A DNA stretch of 48,527 nucleotides from an uncultured Anaerolineales bacterium (lineage in GTDB: Bacteria; Chloroflexota; Anaerolineae; B4-G1; SLSP01): assembly GCA_964650935.1 (NCBI GenBank), contig CAZYYC010000002.1, positions 1 to 48,527 of the forward strand, given 5' to 3'. Both the position numbers and the translations under genes were made by a program. This document shows positions 1-8,660 of the stretch, piece after piece. The notes under the pieces were generated by a model. That model saw only the letters and a program-made list of their open reading frames with translations, ran no database searches and was not told the origin of the DNA. Position 1 is the first letter of the stretch, and each line of letters begins with the position of its first letter.

Positions 1-1530
1 ATCGGGAGAGGTCGCTTCCAGGATGTGCCACGGATAGGCATAGACGACCACGCGGTCGCCGGGGCGCGCGTGGTCGTTCAGCCACTGTGCGGCCTGTTGT
101 ACGCCGTCGGACGTGGTCTGGACGACGCTGCGGTAGCCGATGGAGGAGCGATGTCCGATAAAGCGGGCGCCGAGCCACTGGTAGCCGTTGAGGTTATAGT
201 CCGGATAGCAGAGAGCCAGATCGACGCCCAGCCCCAGGGCAGCCAGGGCACCTAGGCCCAGCGCCAGGGCCCTCCGACGTGACATCAGCGTCAGGAGCTG
301 ATCCGCGCCCAAGATCGCTAAGATCGGTAGCACGGGGACCATGTAGAAGGTCTGTGCGAGCGGCAGCAGGACCAGCCCAAGGCAGTAGAAGGCGAGTACG
401 AGCAACGGGAACCTAAGCGTCGGTCTCCGCCTCCACGCTCGGGCTGCTGCCACCGGGCTTGCCAGGAGCCCCAGCCCGATGAGTGGGCTGGACTTGAAGA
501 GCACGCTTGCTAGGTGGAGGGTTGCAGCCTCTCCGATGAAGGCAGGACTCCAGGTCATCTCGTGCTCGAATCTGGAGATCAGACTGGCGATGATGGCGGG
601 GTTGGTCGTGTGTACGGGTGGCAGCACCATGAAGGTCCCAAGGGCCAGGGCGAGCACGAAGCCGACCAGGTGAAGCGGCGCCGCGGTTCTGTCGCGATGC
701 CGCACCGCCCAGATCAGGACTGCGACCCACGCGCCGAAGGCGAGGAGGAAATGGAATCGTAGCAGTGGCTCCTCGCGCCATTCGGGCGCCATCGTATTCA
801 GACTGAGCCGGCCGAACGCGATGGCGGCGCACATCAGTGCCAAAAGCCCAACGCCTCTGCGCAGGTCCTTGGTAGCTAGGTCAATGCTCCGCCGTTGCCT
901 CGGGAAGGACAGCATGTCGAGGACGATGGCGGGAAAGATCACGATCGTTGTGGCCTTGCCCGATAAGGCCAGGCCGAGGACGACCGCCGTGACGGCTGCC
1001 CAGCCCAACGATCCGGTCTGCCGCAGTCGTGACATCGTCGCCAGCAACCAGGTGAGGGCGCAGGCCACATAGATATCGGTTTCCGTGAAGGCTATCCTGG
1101 CGAACGAAAGGAAAAAGGGGCTTGTCGCGAGGATAGCCCCGGCTAGCAGCCCCTTCTTGGCGTCGAAGTCGCGTAGGCCGGCGTGGAAGGTGCCGACGAT
1201 GGTCAGCGCTCCAACGACGTAACTGACCAGCCGGGCGGTGAGGAGGTCATCCGTTCTGAGCAGCCCGTAGACGGCGGCGACGACCGCCATCGGCAGCCGT
1301 GTCTGGCTGGGGTCGGAGGACGAGCCTCTGAGCCAGCCATCCGGTTGCGCCAGATAGGACCGCGCGATGTCGATGTCGGTCTGTTCGTCCCAGGAGATGC
1401 CCTGACGGTTCAACGTGGGCAGGAGAAGTGCGCTGTAGCATAAAAGGAGCAGGCACATAGCCGGAAGGAGCTGATATGTCCGTGATAGGACGCCGGACGA
1501 GGCTTGAGGGGATGCGGCTCTCGAGGTCAT
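1..1530 (-). CDS. GT-C fold integral-membrane glycosyltransferase (ArnT/PMT-like, GT39/GT83 type); C-terminus lies beyond the window edge
   Basis: Absent from the ORF track because it has no stop in the window. The reverse-strand ATG at 1530-1528 opens a stop-free frame of 510 codons down to base 1. Hand translation: MTSRAASPQ...LNRQGISWDEQTDIDIARSY...LSGKATTIVIFP...YPDYNLNGYQWLG... It has many hydrophobic helices and an acidic DE motif in the first external loop, as in polyprenyl-phosphate-sugar dependent GT-C enzymes. The short ORFs listed between 25 and 1456 are other-frame artefacts inside it. Confidence 0.7.
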   Translation of the reverse strand, partial: MTSRAASPQASSGVLSRTYQLLPAMCLLLLCYSALLLPTLNRQGISWDEQTDIDIARSYLAQPDGWLRGSSSDPSQTRLPMAVVAAVYGLLRTDDLLTARLVSYVVGALTIVGTFHAGLRDFDAKKGLLAGAILATSPFFLSFARIAFTETDIYVACALTWLLATMSRLRQTGSLGWAAVTAVVLGLALSGKATTIVIFPAIVLDMLSFPRQRRSIDLATKDLRRGVGLLALMCAAIAFGRLSLNTMAPEWREEPLLRFHFLLAFGAWVAVLIWAVRHRDRTAAPLHLVGFVLALALGTFMVLPPVHTTNPAIIASLISRFEHEMTWSPAFIGEAATLHLASVLFKSSPLIGLGLLASPVAAARAWRRRPTLRFPLLVLAFYCLGLVLLPLAQTFYMVPVLPILAILGADQLLTLMSRRRALALGLGALAALGLGVDLALCYPDYNLNGYQWLGARFIGHRSSIGYRSVVQTTSDGVQQAAQWLNDHARPGDRVVVYAYPWHILEATSPD

Positions 1531-1588
1531 CGTGCCGTCGTCCGCGTGAGTTGTCTTGGAGACCCTCATCGTGTGTTCTACCGGGTCG

Positions 1589-2125
1589 CTAGAGTATCAC
1601 GACCAACAAGGTGCCTACGAGAGCGCCGATCAACAGGCCGACGATGACGTCAGCAGCGTGGTGCAGACCCAGGACAACGCGGCTGATCGCGACGCTCACG
1701 GTCCAGAGCAGCAAGAGCAGCGCGCCCCACCAGGGGAGCAGCGTTCCCACAGCGACGAAGAGCGCGCCGGCGCGGGCGGCGTGACCGGAGGGGAAGGCGT
1801 GGGGGTCGAATTCGGAGTAGAAGTGCCCCCCTGCGCCCTCGGGACGCGGGCGGCGGATCAGGTATTTGAGGAGGGTGCTCGCACACCAGGCAAGGGCTGT
1901 CGCCAGGACGACGCGCTCGCCCAGGCGTGCCCAGAAGCCGGTGCCGAAACGCCACGTCAGGACGCCGATGGCCAACCAGAGGAGGCTGTCGCCGGTGCGC
2001 GTCCAGAGCCCCATGACTACCCGGGTCACGCGTGCGCGCCGCGGTGGTGCGCACGCGAGCCGGCCGGATAGAGCCATGGTGGCCCGGGCATCAAGGTCGG
2101 CGGCGCGGGTTCGCCAGCCGCTCAC
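1589..2125 (-). CDS. PAP2-family lipid phosphate phosphatase (type 2 phosphatidic acid / polyprenyl-diphosphate phosphatase superfamily)
   Basis: All three PAP2 motifs are present: KYLIRRPRP (KxxxxxxRP), PSGH, and SRVVLGLHHAAD (SRxxxxxHxxxD). The protein is hydrophobic and helical. The GTG start overlaps the upstream stop (GTGA at 2125-2122). An alternative ATG lies at 2077. Confidence 0.85.
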   Translation of the reverse strand: MSGWRTRAADLDARATMALSGRLACAPPRRARVTRVVMGLWTRTGDSLLWLAIGVLTWRFGTGFWARLGERVVLATALAWCASTLLKYLIRRPRPEGAGGHFYSEFDPHAFPSGHAARAGALFVAVGTLLPWWGALLLLLWTVSVAISRVVLGLHHAADVIVGLLIGALVGTLLVVIL

Positions 2126-2898
2126 GCCGTCTCTCCGTGAGCCAGTTCACGACGGCAGATCTCGAGCTGGAAGGGTTTGTCGGCGTCCATGCCCATCTCG
2201 GGGTAGGGGACCTCGAGAGCGCGGACGTTGAGCCCCAGTTTCCGCTGCACGCGTTGTTCGAGTTCGGGCAGCGTCAGACGTCCGGAGAGGTAGCGGAGTA
2301 GGAAGATCGGTCCGAGGTGCAGGGCTTGCTTCGCGACGCTCTTACGGTTCCGCATCAAGGCCTGCCAGAGGTCGTGGTGCGTCTGGCCAATGTGCGGTGC
2401 GACCACGTGGATGTCGCCGGCTGCGAAATCACCCTCTGCGAAGTGTGCGTAGCTGCGCCGCGAGGTCGGGAAGCGTGCCTCCATCCTGGCGCGCGAGATC
2501 AGGCTGTGGTAGATGTCGACGGACGGATCATCCGCCAGCCTCAGCAGCGCCTCGATCATCGCACTGGTGAGCAAAGGGATATCGCAGCTCACCATCAGGA
2601 CCTGTGGGGCCTCGGGATGGGCGGTTGTCGCGCGCTCGATGCCGGCGAGGCAGTTGCCCAGCATCGAGCCGGCATCGGGTAGATAAGCCACGACCATGGG
2701 TGAATCCAGCCCCTGGCCTTCCTCGATGCCCACCACGACGATGCGGGTGATGCTCGGGGCACCGGTCAGGGCATCGAGCACCCACTGTCCCATCGGCTTG
2801 CCGGCGATGTCGAGCAGCGCCTTGGGCTGTCCCTGGGTATGGGTATAGAGCAGGTCCTCCTGCTGGGGTACGCCACCGGCGAGTACTACTGCGTCCAT
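2122..2898 (-). CDS. MobA-like / GT-A fold nucleotidyltransferase family protein
   Basis: N-terminal AVVLAGG...KALLDIAGKPM nucleotide-binding signature. The track ORF starts at GTG 2907, but that GTG is part of a GGAGG Shine-Dalgarno (2911-2907) sitting 8 nt before ATG 2898, so I prefer 2898. The stop overlaps the PAP2 start. Confidence 0.75.
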   Translation of the reverse strand: MDAVVLAGGVPQQEDLLYTHTQGQPKALLDIAGKPMGQWVLDALTGAPSITRIVVVGIEEGQGLDSPMVVAYLPDAGSMLGNCLAGIERATTAHPEAPQVLMVSCDIPLLTSAMIEALLRLADDPSVDIYHSLISRARMEARFPTSRRSYAHFAEGDFAAGDIHVVAPHIGQTHHDLWQALMRNRKSVAKQALHLGPIFLLRYLSGRLTLPELEQRVQRKLGLNVRALEVPYPEMGMDADKPFQLEICRRELAHGETA

Positions 2899-2910
2899 CA
2901 CTGTCACCTC

Positions 2911-3813
2911 CTAGCCGTTCAGGGTCATGATGTGGGGGTGCATCCCCAGCTGCTCGATGAGTTCGTCTAACTCGTCGCGGGTCAAGGCCCGCCCTTTGCC
3001 CGCGGCTGCCACCAGTGCCGCCTCCATCATATTGGTGCCGAAGGAGCGACCGTTGAGGCGTGGCGTGGTGGTCACCAGGTAGCGCACCCCGGCGGAGGTG
3101 AAGGACTCTACGTCGGCCTCGGTGGTGGTGTTGGTGAGGATTGTCTTTCCGTCGAGACGCGGCGGCATGTGCCGCTTGGTGTAGCTGCAGTCTCCGGCGA
3201 TGATGGTGGCCCATCGATACCAGCGCGTAAAGCGGGGCACGGTCTCGTGCTGCTTCTCGCCGACGGGATAGAGCATGGCAATGGGCAGCCGCGTCGCGAT
3301 CGGCCCCAAGAGGCGGAGCAGCAGGTCGACCTGGGCCAAGGTGCGCAGCGCGATGGGCATACCCAGCGCGAAGAGCAAGTCGCCGTAGACACCGTCATAG
3401 CCCGCCTCGTGCAGGCTGAGAGCCATGCCGTAGCGATCTGAGGCGACGTTGACCAGCGTACGCTTGGGCACGAGCTCGCCGTCCAGGTGCTCCTGGACAT
3501 AGGCCATACAGCGGCGCTCAAGGGTGAACTTGAGACCACGTCCATCAACGACGGGCGTACGTTGGACATCGCGGATGAGGTGCCGCGCCGCGTGCAAGGG
3601 ATAGGCGTGCTGCGGAGTCCCGACCGAGAGGTCGATACCCCCCATCCCGAAAGCGTCGACCTTTCCATCCAGCGAGCGGAAGAGGGATGCCGCCCGCTCA
3701 ACGTTCCCGTCTGTTCCGATTCGTTCGATCAAGACCTTCTCGCCCAACAGCTCGAGTTCCACCTGTTTGTCGCGCGTGGAACTCCCCAGGCTAACACTGA
3801 CTGCCCGTCGCAT
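2911..3813 (-). CDS. Conserved protein of unknown function; I recall this family being auto-annotated as quinate 5-dehydrogenase-like, which I cannot verify here
   Basis: Track ORF 2911-3960. I prefer the internal ATG at 3813 (MRRAVSVSLGSS...), which follows GAAAGGA 9 nt upstream. The N-terminal 49 aa of the longer ORF are Arg/Pro-rich and look non-coding. Notable motifs: GMGGIDL and TNTTTEADVESF...TTTPRLNGRSFGTN. It is the first gene of a four-gene co-directional cluster. Confidence 0.6.
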   Translation of the reverse strand: MRRAVSVSLGSSTRDKQVELELLGEKVLIERIGTDGNVERAASLFRSLDGKVDAFGMGGIDLSVGTPQHAYPLHAARHLIRDVQRTPVVDGRGLKFTLERRCMAYVQEHLDGELVPKRTLVNVASDRYGMALSLHEAGYDGVYGDLLFALGMPIALRTLAQVDLLLRLLGPIATRLPIAMLYPVGEKQHETVPRFTRWYRWATIIAGDCSYTKRHMPPRLDGKTILTNTTTEADVESFTSAGVRYLVTTTPRLNGRSFGTNMMEAALVAAAGKGRALTRDELDELIEQLGMHPHIMTLNG

Positions 3814-4133
3814 AATGCCGATCCTTTCAGATAATGGGTAGGGGGCGGCGAACCGTCGATGCGGCAGCCGACCGGATAATGTGGCTATTATAGGGCGGAG
3901 TGGCGTGGTGGATACTCGACAGTCCCGGTCACCTACACCGCCACGCGGATTCGGCACCATCGCGCTCTTTGGGTCCGGCGTGCCGTGACAGCGGCCCGAT
4001 GCTGCAGTATCATGCCGCTCAAGGAAGCGGTCTGATCGTCAAAGTCGGAGAGGGCCAGCGGATGGATCCTGCTCCTTTAGCGAGTCGCCCATGACCTGGT
4101 CGTTCGAAAGATGCGCCGGTTCAGAGAGGAGCC

Positions 4134-5435
4134 ATGCAAGCTCGAGGGCTAAGGGTTTTCGTCACAGTGTGGGCGGGGCAAGTGGTCTCGACCTTGGGGT
4201 CGTCGATCACGGGCTTTGCGTTAGGTGTATGGACCTATGAGATCACCCGCTCGCCGACGCTCTACGCTGTCACGTTGCTGATCTCGGTTCTGCCACGAGT
4301 TCTGCTCGCGCCGGTTGCCGGGGTGGTCAGTGATCGGTGGGATCGCCGGTTGGTGATGATGTTGGCCGATACCGGTGCGGGGATCAGTTCACTTCTCATC
4401 GTGGCGGTGCTCCTCTGGAGCGACCTACAGGTGTGGCACATCTACGTGGCGACGTTCATCAATTCGGCGTTTAGTGCGTTCCAGTGGCCCGCCTATGCTG
4501 CTGCCACCTCGCTCCTGGTCCCGAAACGCCATCTTGGACGCGCCGCGGGCATGACGCAGATCGGCGACGCCCTCAGCCAGCTTGCCGCGCCCGCGATCGC
4601 CGGTGCGCTCTTTGTCACAGCGGGGCTCAAGGCTGTTCTGGTGATCGACATCTGCTCGTACTTCGTTGCGCTGGGCACGCTCCTGCTCGTTCGCTTCCCG
4701 CAGCCCGAGGTCAGTGAGGAAGATGAGGGAGAGCGGGGCTCGTTCCTGAAGCAGGCCGTCTTCGGGTGGACCTACATCCGTGAGCGGTCGGGCCTCCTGG
4801 GGCTGTTGCTTGTCTTTGCCCTCCTCAACTTCCTCGTCAGTATCACCTTTGCACTCTACACGCCGCTCATCCTCAATATGACGACGCCGGACGTGTTGGG
4901 CTACTTGAACGCCGTCGCCGGGATGGGGATGCTCGTAGGGACAGTGTTGATGAGCACCTGGGGAGGCCCACGTCGCCGCATCCTGGGCATCTACGCCGCG
5001 GAGACGGTGCTGGGCCTCACGACCTTCGCCTTCGGCCTACGTCTGACGATTCCGCTCTTGGCGTTGAATAACTTCATCTTTATGATGGCTATGCCGATTT
5101 CCCAGGGGTGCAGCCAGGCGATCTGGCAGACGAAGGTCGCCCCGGCGATTCAGGGACGCGTGTTCGCCATTCGTAGCATGATCGCGTCCTCCATCGTGCC
5201 GCTCTCCTATGCTCTTGCCGGACCCCTGGCGGAGTATCTCTTCGAGCCGTGGATGATGGAGGATGGGGTGCTTGCCCGACACCTGGGGCCGACCATCGGC
5301 GCTGGGCCAGGTCACGGCATCGCCCTGATCTTCATTCTCGCGGGGCTCTTCTACACACTGGGCGCGCTCGCGATCGTGACGCATCCACGGATTCGTGGGA
5401 TCGAGTCGGAGATCCCCGACGCTCTCTCAGATTGA
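4134..5435 (+). CDS. MFS transporter, DHA3/EntS-like (probable efflux)
   Basis: 433 aa with about 12 hydrophobic segments. The N-terminus RVFVTVWAGQVVSTLGSSITGFALGVW...VVSDRWDRR is typical of MFS_3 exporters. GAGAGGAG Shine-Dalgarno lies before the ATG. Confidence 0.85.
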   Translation: MQARGLRVFVTVWAGQVVSTLGSSITGFALGVWTYEITRSPTLYAVTLLISVLPRVLLAPVAGVVSDRWDRRLVMMLADTGAGISSLLIVAVLLWSDLQVWHIYVATFINSAFSAFQWPAYAAATSLLVPKRHLGRAAGMTQIGDALSQLAAPAIAGALFVTAGLKAVLVIDICSYFVALGTLLLVRFPQPEVSEEDEGERGSFLKQAVFGWTYIRERSGLLGLLLVFALLNFLVSITFALYTPLILNMTTPDVLGYLNAVAGMGMLVGTVLMSTWGGPRRRILGIYAAETVLGLTTFAFGLRLTIPLLALNNFIFMMAMPISQGCSQAIWQTKVAPAIQGRVFAIRSMIASSIVPLSYALAGPLAEYLFEPWMMEDGVLARHLGPTIGAGPGHGIALIFILAGLFYTLGALAIVTHPRIRGIESEIPDALSD

Positions 5436-5529
5436 CAGCAGGACACCTAGTCTCGCGGCGTGTTGCCCCACGCTGTACCCTCACCTAGGGGCTGATGAAC
5501 GTCAGGTAGAGCGGGGGCGCAGGGCGCGG

Positions 5530-8055
5530 TCAGCTGTCGAGGTCGATCGGCAACCGCTTCCCGCGGCGGATCGTCTCGATGCTGGGCTGCTGGAGGGGGA
5601 GCAGCACGTAGAAGCGACTGCCCGGGCAGCTGCGTACGTCGTGACCGGGGCTTTCCACCCAGACCTGACCTCGATGGGCCTCGACAATGCCCTTGACGAT
5701 GGCCAAGCCCAGGCCCGGTCCGCCACCGCGGAACTTGATGGTCCCGGAGGAGTGGAGGCTGATCTCGCCGACCTGATAGAACTTGTCGAAGATGCGTTGC
5801 TGGTGCACAGGGTCAATGCCGATGCCCGTATCGGCCACGACGATCTTGATACAGGGTTCGGGCAAACCATAGAGATCGGAGAGAGTCTGCCGAGCGGTGA
5901 TGGTGATCTTTCCTCCGTCGGGCGTGTATTTGATGGCGTTGGTCACCAAGTGACGCACCACCTTATCGAGGGCCATGCGATCGCCCTCGAGGGGAGCGCA
6001 GGCTGAACAATCGGCGAGATGGACCTCGATCCTGCGTTCTGCGGCGGCTTCGGCGAGATCTCTTGTCACGTCCTTGAGAAGCTCGCAGAGGTCCATCGGC
6101 AGGAAGTCGAGTTGCAGGGTCTGGCTCTCGATCTCGGCGAGGTCGACCATTCGGTTGACGATCTCCTGCAGGCGCTCGGCGCCCAGGGCAAGACCCTCGA
6201 TCATATTGGCGGTTGTTTTCCTCTGGTGGAGCGCCGGTTCCTCGAGCAGCATATGGCTGTACCCCATCACGAGGGTCAGAGGGGTGCGCAGCTCGTGAGA
6301 GGCCAAGGAGATGAAGTCGGACTTCGCACGATCGAGGCTGGCGAGCTGACGGTAGGCATCCGAGAGCTCCATATAGAGGCTGGCGTTGTGGAGGGCCACA
6401 CCGGCTTGGCCGGCAAAGGCGGTCCCCAGCGCGACCTCATCGCAGGTGTAGGGAACGGGCTGCTCGCGGGCTAAGGAGAGCATACCGATGACTTCATCGT
6501 CGGCGTTGATGAGCGGCAGCCCGGCCCATGAACGGGCCGGCGGCAGGCCCTCGACGTAATCCCAATCGGGACGTTGCTCGATCACCGGAACGGTGAGGGG
6601 TTCCTTGGTCTCATAGATGCGGCGGTAGACGTCGCCCTCTTTGATGGCAACGCGGATGTCGAGTGGATTGCTGCTCTGCGGGAAGCCCCGGGCCGCCACG
6701 ATTTCGAGCACGTTCTCGCGCTGGAGTAACACCGATCCACGATCATAGCCCACGATCTGCCCGAGGCTGGTGAGGATGAGATCGAGGACCTCTGAGATGT
6801 CCAGGGTCTGCGAGAGGGCGCGACCGACGGTGTAGAGCGTTTCCGTCAGCGCGCGCTGGGCGTGCTCGAACTCGTACCTCGAGGCGTTGCGGATTGCCAT
6901 AGAGATCTGCCCGGCGAGCGAGAGGCAGACGCGCAGGTCATCATCGCAAAAGGCATCGCATTGCTGCGACTGGATATCGAGGACGCCCAGCAGCACGTCA
7001 CCGGCTTCGAGGGGAATGACCATCTCCGACTGCGTGTCATCGAGTGGGCCGAGGCGTACGTAACGCTCATCATCACAGACGGCGTTGACGCAGACGGATT
7101 CGTGGTGGCGCGAGGCCCATCCGATGAGCCCTAACTCGCCGACGACGAGGCGATGGCTGCCGTGAATGAGCTTGCGTCCGGCTTCGCCCGTGCCGGCACG
7201 CGCGACGAGGTAATCACCCGTCTCGTCGATGAGGAAGATGCCGACGAAGTCAAAGCCGAAGGTCGTGTGCAGAGTCTGAACGACGTGATTGAGGAGCGCA
7301 TCGAGATCAAGAAAGGCGTTGATGGAGTTTCCGACCGAGATGAGGGTCTCCAGATGCGCAGCACGCAGGCGGAGGTCGTGGGCACGACGCTCGGCCTGAT
7401 GGCGGTAGTGTTGGAGGTTGCGCGTGGCGCGGAGATGTGCGTTTTGTAGGGCAAGGGAGAGCGCACATGCGGCGACCAAGATGAGGCTGTGGTGGCGCCA
7501 GGGCGTCGTGTCCAGGGCAGGCCAGGCGACGGAGAGCCACGCCGACAGGGTGACTAGGATGAGCCCGACGAGGGTAGGGGGAGAGGGGAGGAAGAAGGCG
7601 GCGGCAAGGAGGAGAAAGGTGAGGTGTGTGGTGTGGAGAGGATCGCGGGTGAGGGCGAGGTGGGCTATACTGCTGATGAGAACCAGAGCGGCGACGCCGC
7701 AGGGGAGTACGGCGACGGGAAAGCGGGTCGGGCGTCGGTGGGTTAGGATGAGGTAGAGGGTTAGCAGCAGGGCGCTGGTGACGAAAGCGAGCGGCGCGAG
7801 CGTTGCGGCATAGTCGCCGGAGAAGACGACGTGGGTACAGGCCAGGATGAAGTAGAGGATGCTGAGGACCAGGGTGAACGGACGCAGGGTATCCTGCGTG
7901 GCGGCCTGTCGATCGTCGTTAGCGGTGGTGGTACCAGGCATCCTAAGCCGTGGTGGTCGACGCTCGGCTTGGGTGGATCCGTCAGGTCTGCCGTTGGCCT
8001 TCATGGTTGTCGTCTTCGTGACGTCCTGGTTGATGAGGTTAGCTACATTATACAC
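5530..8055 (-). CDS. Sensor histidine kinase: multi-TM N-terminus, two GAF domains, HisKA and HATPase_c
   Basis: H-box SDFISLASHELRTPLT, N-box VRHLVTNAIKYTPDGG, G1 DTGIGID, G2 GGPGLGLAI. Two GAF-like blocks precede the H-box and about 6 hydrophobic helices lie at aa 60-220. Start is uncertain: GTG at 8055, with ATG alternatives at 8004 and 7941. Confidence 0.85.
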   Translation of the reverse strand: MYNVANLINQDVTKTTTMKANGRPDGSTQAERRPPRLRMPGTTTANDDRQAATQDTLRPFTLVLSILYFILACTHVVFSGDYAATLAPLAFVTSALLLTLYLILTHRRPTRFPVAVLPCGVAALVLISSIAHLALTRDPLHTTHLTFLLLAAAFFLPSPPTLVGLILVTLSAWLSVAWPALDTTPWRHHSLILVAACALSLALQNAHLRATRNLQHYRHQAERRAHDLRLRAAHLETLISVGNSINAFLDLDALLNHVVQTLHTTFGFDFVGIFLIDETGDYLVARAGTGEAGRKLIHGSHRLVVGELGLIGWASRHHESVCVNAVCDDERYVRLGPLDDTQSEMVIPLEAGDVLLGVLDIQSQQCDAFCDDDLRVCLSLAGQISMAIRNASRYEFEHAQRALTETLYTVGRALSQTLDISEVLDLILTSLGQIVGYDRGSVLLQRENVLEIVAARGFPQSSNPLDIRVAIKEGDVYRRIYETKEPLTVPVIEQRPDWDYVEGLPPARSWAGLPLINADDEVIGMLSLAREQPVPYTCDEVALGTAFAGQAGVALHNASLYMELSDAYRQLASLDRAKSDFISLASHELRTPLTLVMGYSHMLLEEPALHQRKTTANMIEGLALGAERLQEIVNRMVDLAEIESQTLQLDFLPMDLCELLKDVTRDLAEAAAERRIEVHLADCSACAPLEGDRMALDKVVRHLVTNAIKYTPDGGKITITARQTLSDLYGLPEPCIKIVVADTGIGIDPVHQQRIFDKFYQVGEISLHSSGTIKFRGGGPGLGLAIVKGIVEAHRGQVWVESPGHDVRSCPGSRFYVLLPLQQPSIETIRRGKRLPIDLDS

Positions 8056-8144
8056 GGCAACGAAGGGGACAATAGCTCCAGGCCGTTTCGGTATAGTTAC
8101 AGTTTGATAGACAAGAGACGAAGACGAGCGCTAGGAAGACGGAG

Positions 8145-8660
8145 GTGAAGATGAAGACGCTGTTGATCTTGCGGCACGGTAAGTCGAGCTGGAAAGAGGC
8201 GGGGCTGGCCGATCATGAGCGCCCACTGAAGGGACGTGGAGAGCGTGATGCGGTTGAGGTGGGACGGCGGCTCGCGGAGCTGGGGCTGGTGCCCGAGCTG
8301 GTTGTGAGCTCGACGGCACGACGAGCGCGGGCGACGGCGATGCTGGCAGCACGGGCGAGCGGATGCTCGCAGGAGGTCGTGCCGGCGCGCGAACTCTATG
8401 CGGCAAGTGCACAGGCGGTGATCTGTGTCATCAGCACGGTGCCGGCGGGCTTTGAGCGTGTGATGGTGGTCGGGCACAATCCGGGTCTGGAAGAGGTACT
8501 GGAGGTGCTGACGGGAGAGGCTCGCCGGCTGCCGACGGCATGCGTCGCGTGCGTCGGGCTGCCGGTCGATACGTGGTCGGAGGTGCAGCCGGGGATTGAG
8601 GGACGCCTGTTGTGGGTCTGGCGGCCCGCCGATCAGGGTGGCGAGGCGGGGATGAGGTAG
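8145..8660 (+). CDS. Histidine phosphatase superfamily protein, SixA-like phosphohistidine phosphatase
   Basis: LILRHGKS (RHG catalytic motif) and VVGHNPG (second catalytic His). The size of about 170 aa fits SixA. GGAGGTG Shine-Dalgarno lies before the ATG. Confidence 0.8.
   Translation: MKMKTLLILRHGKSSWKEAGLADHERPLKGRGERDAVEVGRRLAELGLVPELVVSSTARRARATAMLAARASGCSQEVVPARELYAASAQAVICVISTVPAGFERVMVVGHNPGLEEVLEVLTGEARRLPTACVACVGLPVDTWSEVQPGIEGRLLWVWRPADQGGEAGMR

Noticed and set aside
25-1456. Several 60-140 aa ORFs listed at the left end of the window
   Set aside because: They sit in alternative frames within the 510-codon GT-C glycosyltransferase frame, which the track omits because it has no in-window stop.
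3887-3892. Perfect TATAAT on the minus strand, 74 nt upstream of the 3813 start
   Set aside because: No acceptable -35 element lies at a 16-18 nt spacing (GTATCC). It is kept only as a weak possibility and not called as a feature.
3814-3960. N-terminal 49-aa extension of the 2911-3960 ORF
   Set aside because: The extension (MVPNPRGGVGDRDCRVSTTPLRP...) is Arg/Pro-rich and has no ribosome-binding site. The internal ATG at 3813 has one. The same logic applies to 19693-19758 (SBP; the Tat signal starts at the internal Met) and 40109-40138 (oxidoreductase).
7540-7640. Purine-rich run (gggtagggggagaggggaggaagaaggcggcggcaaggaggag...) that looks like a simple repeat
   Set aside because: On the minus strand it encodes a Leu/Pro/Ala/Phe-rich transmembrane stretch of the histidine kinase (LLLAAAFFLPSPPTLVG). 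There is no exact tandem unit.
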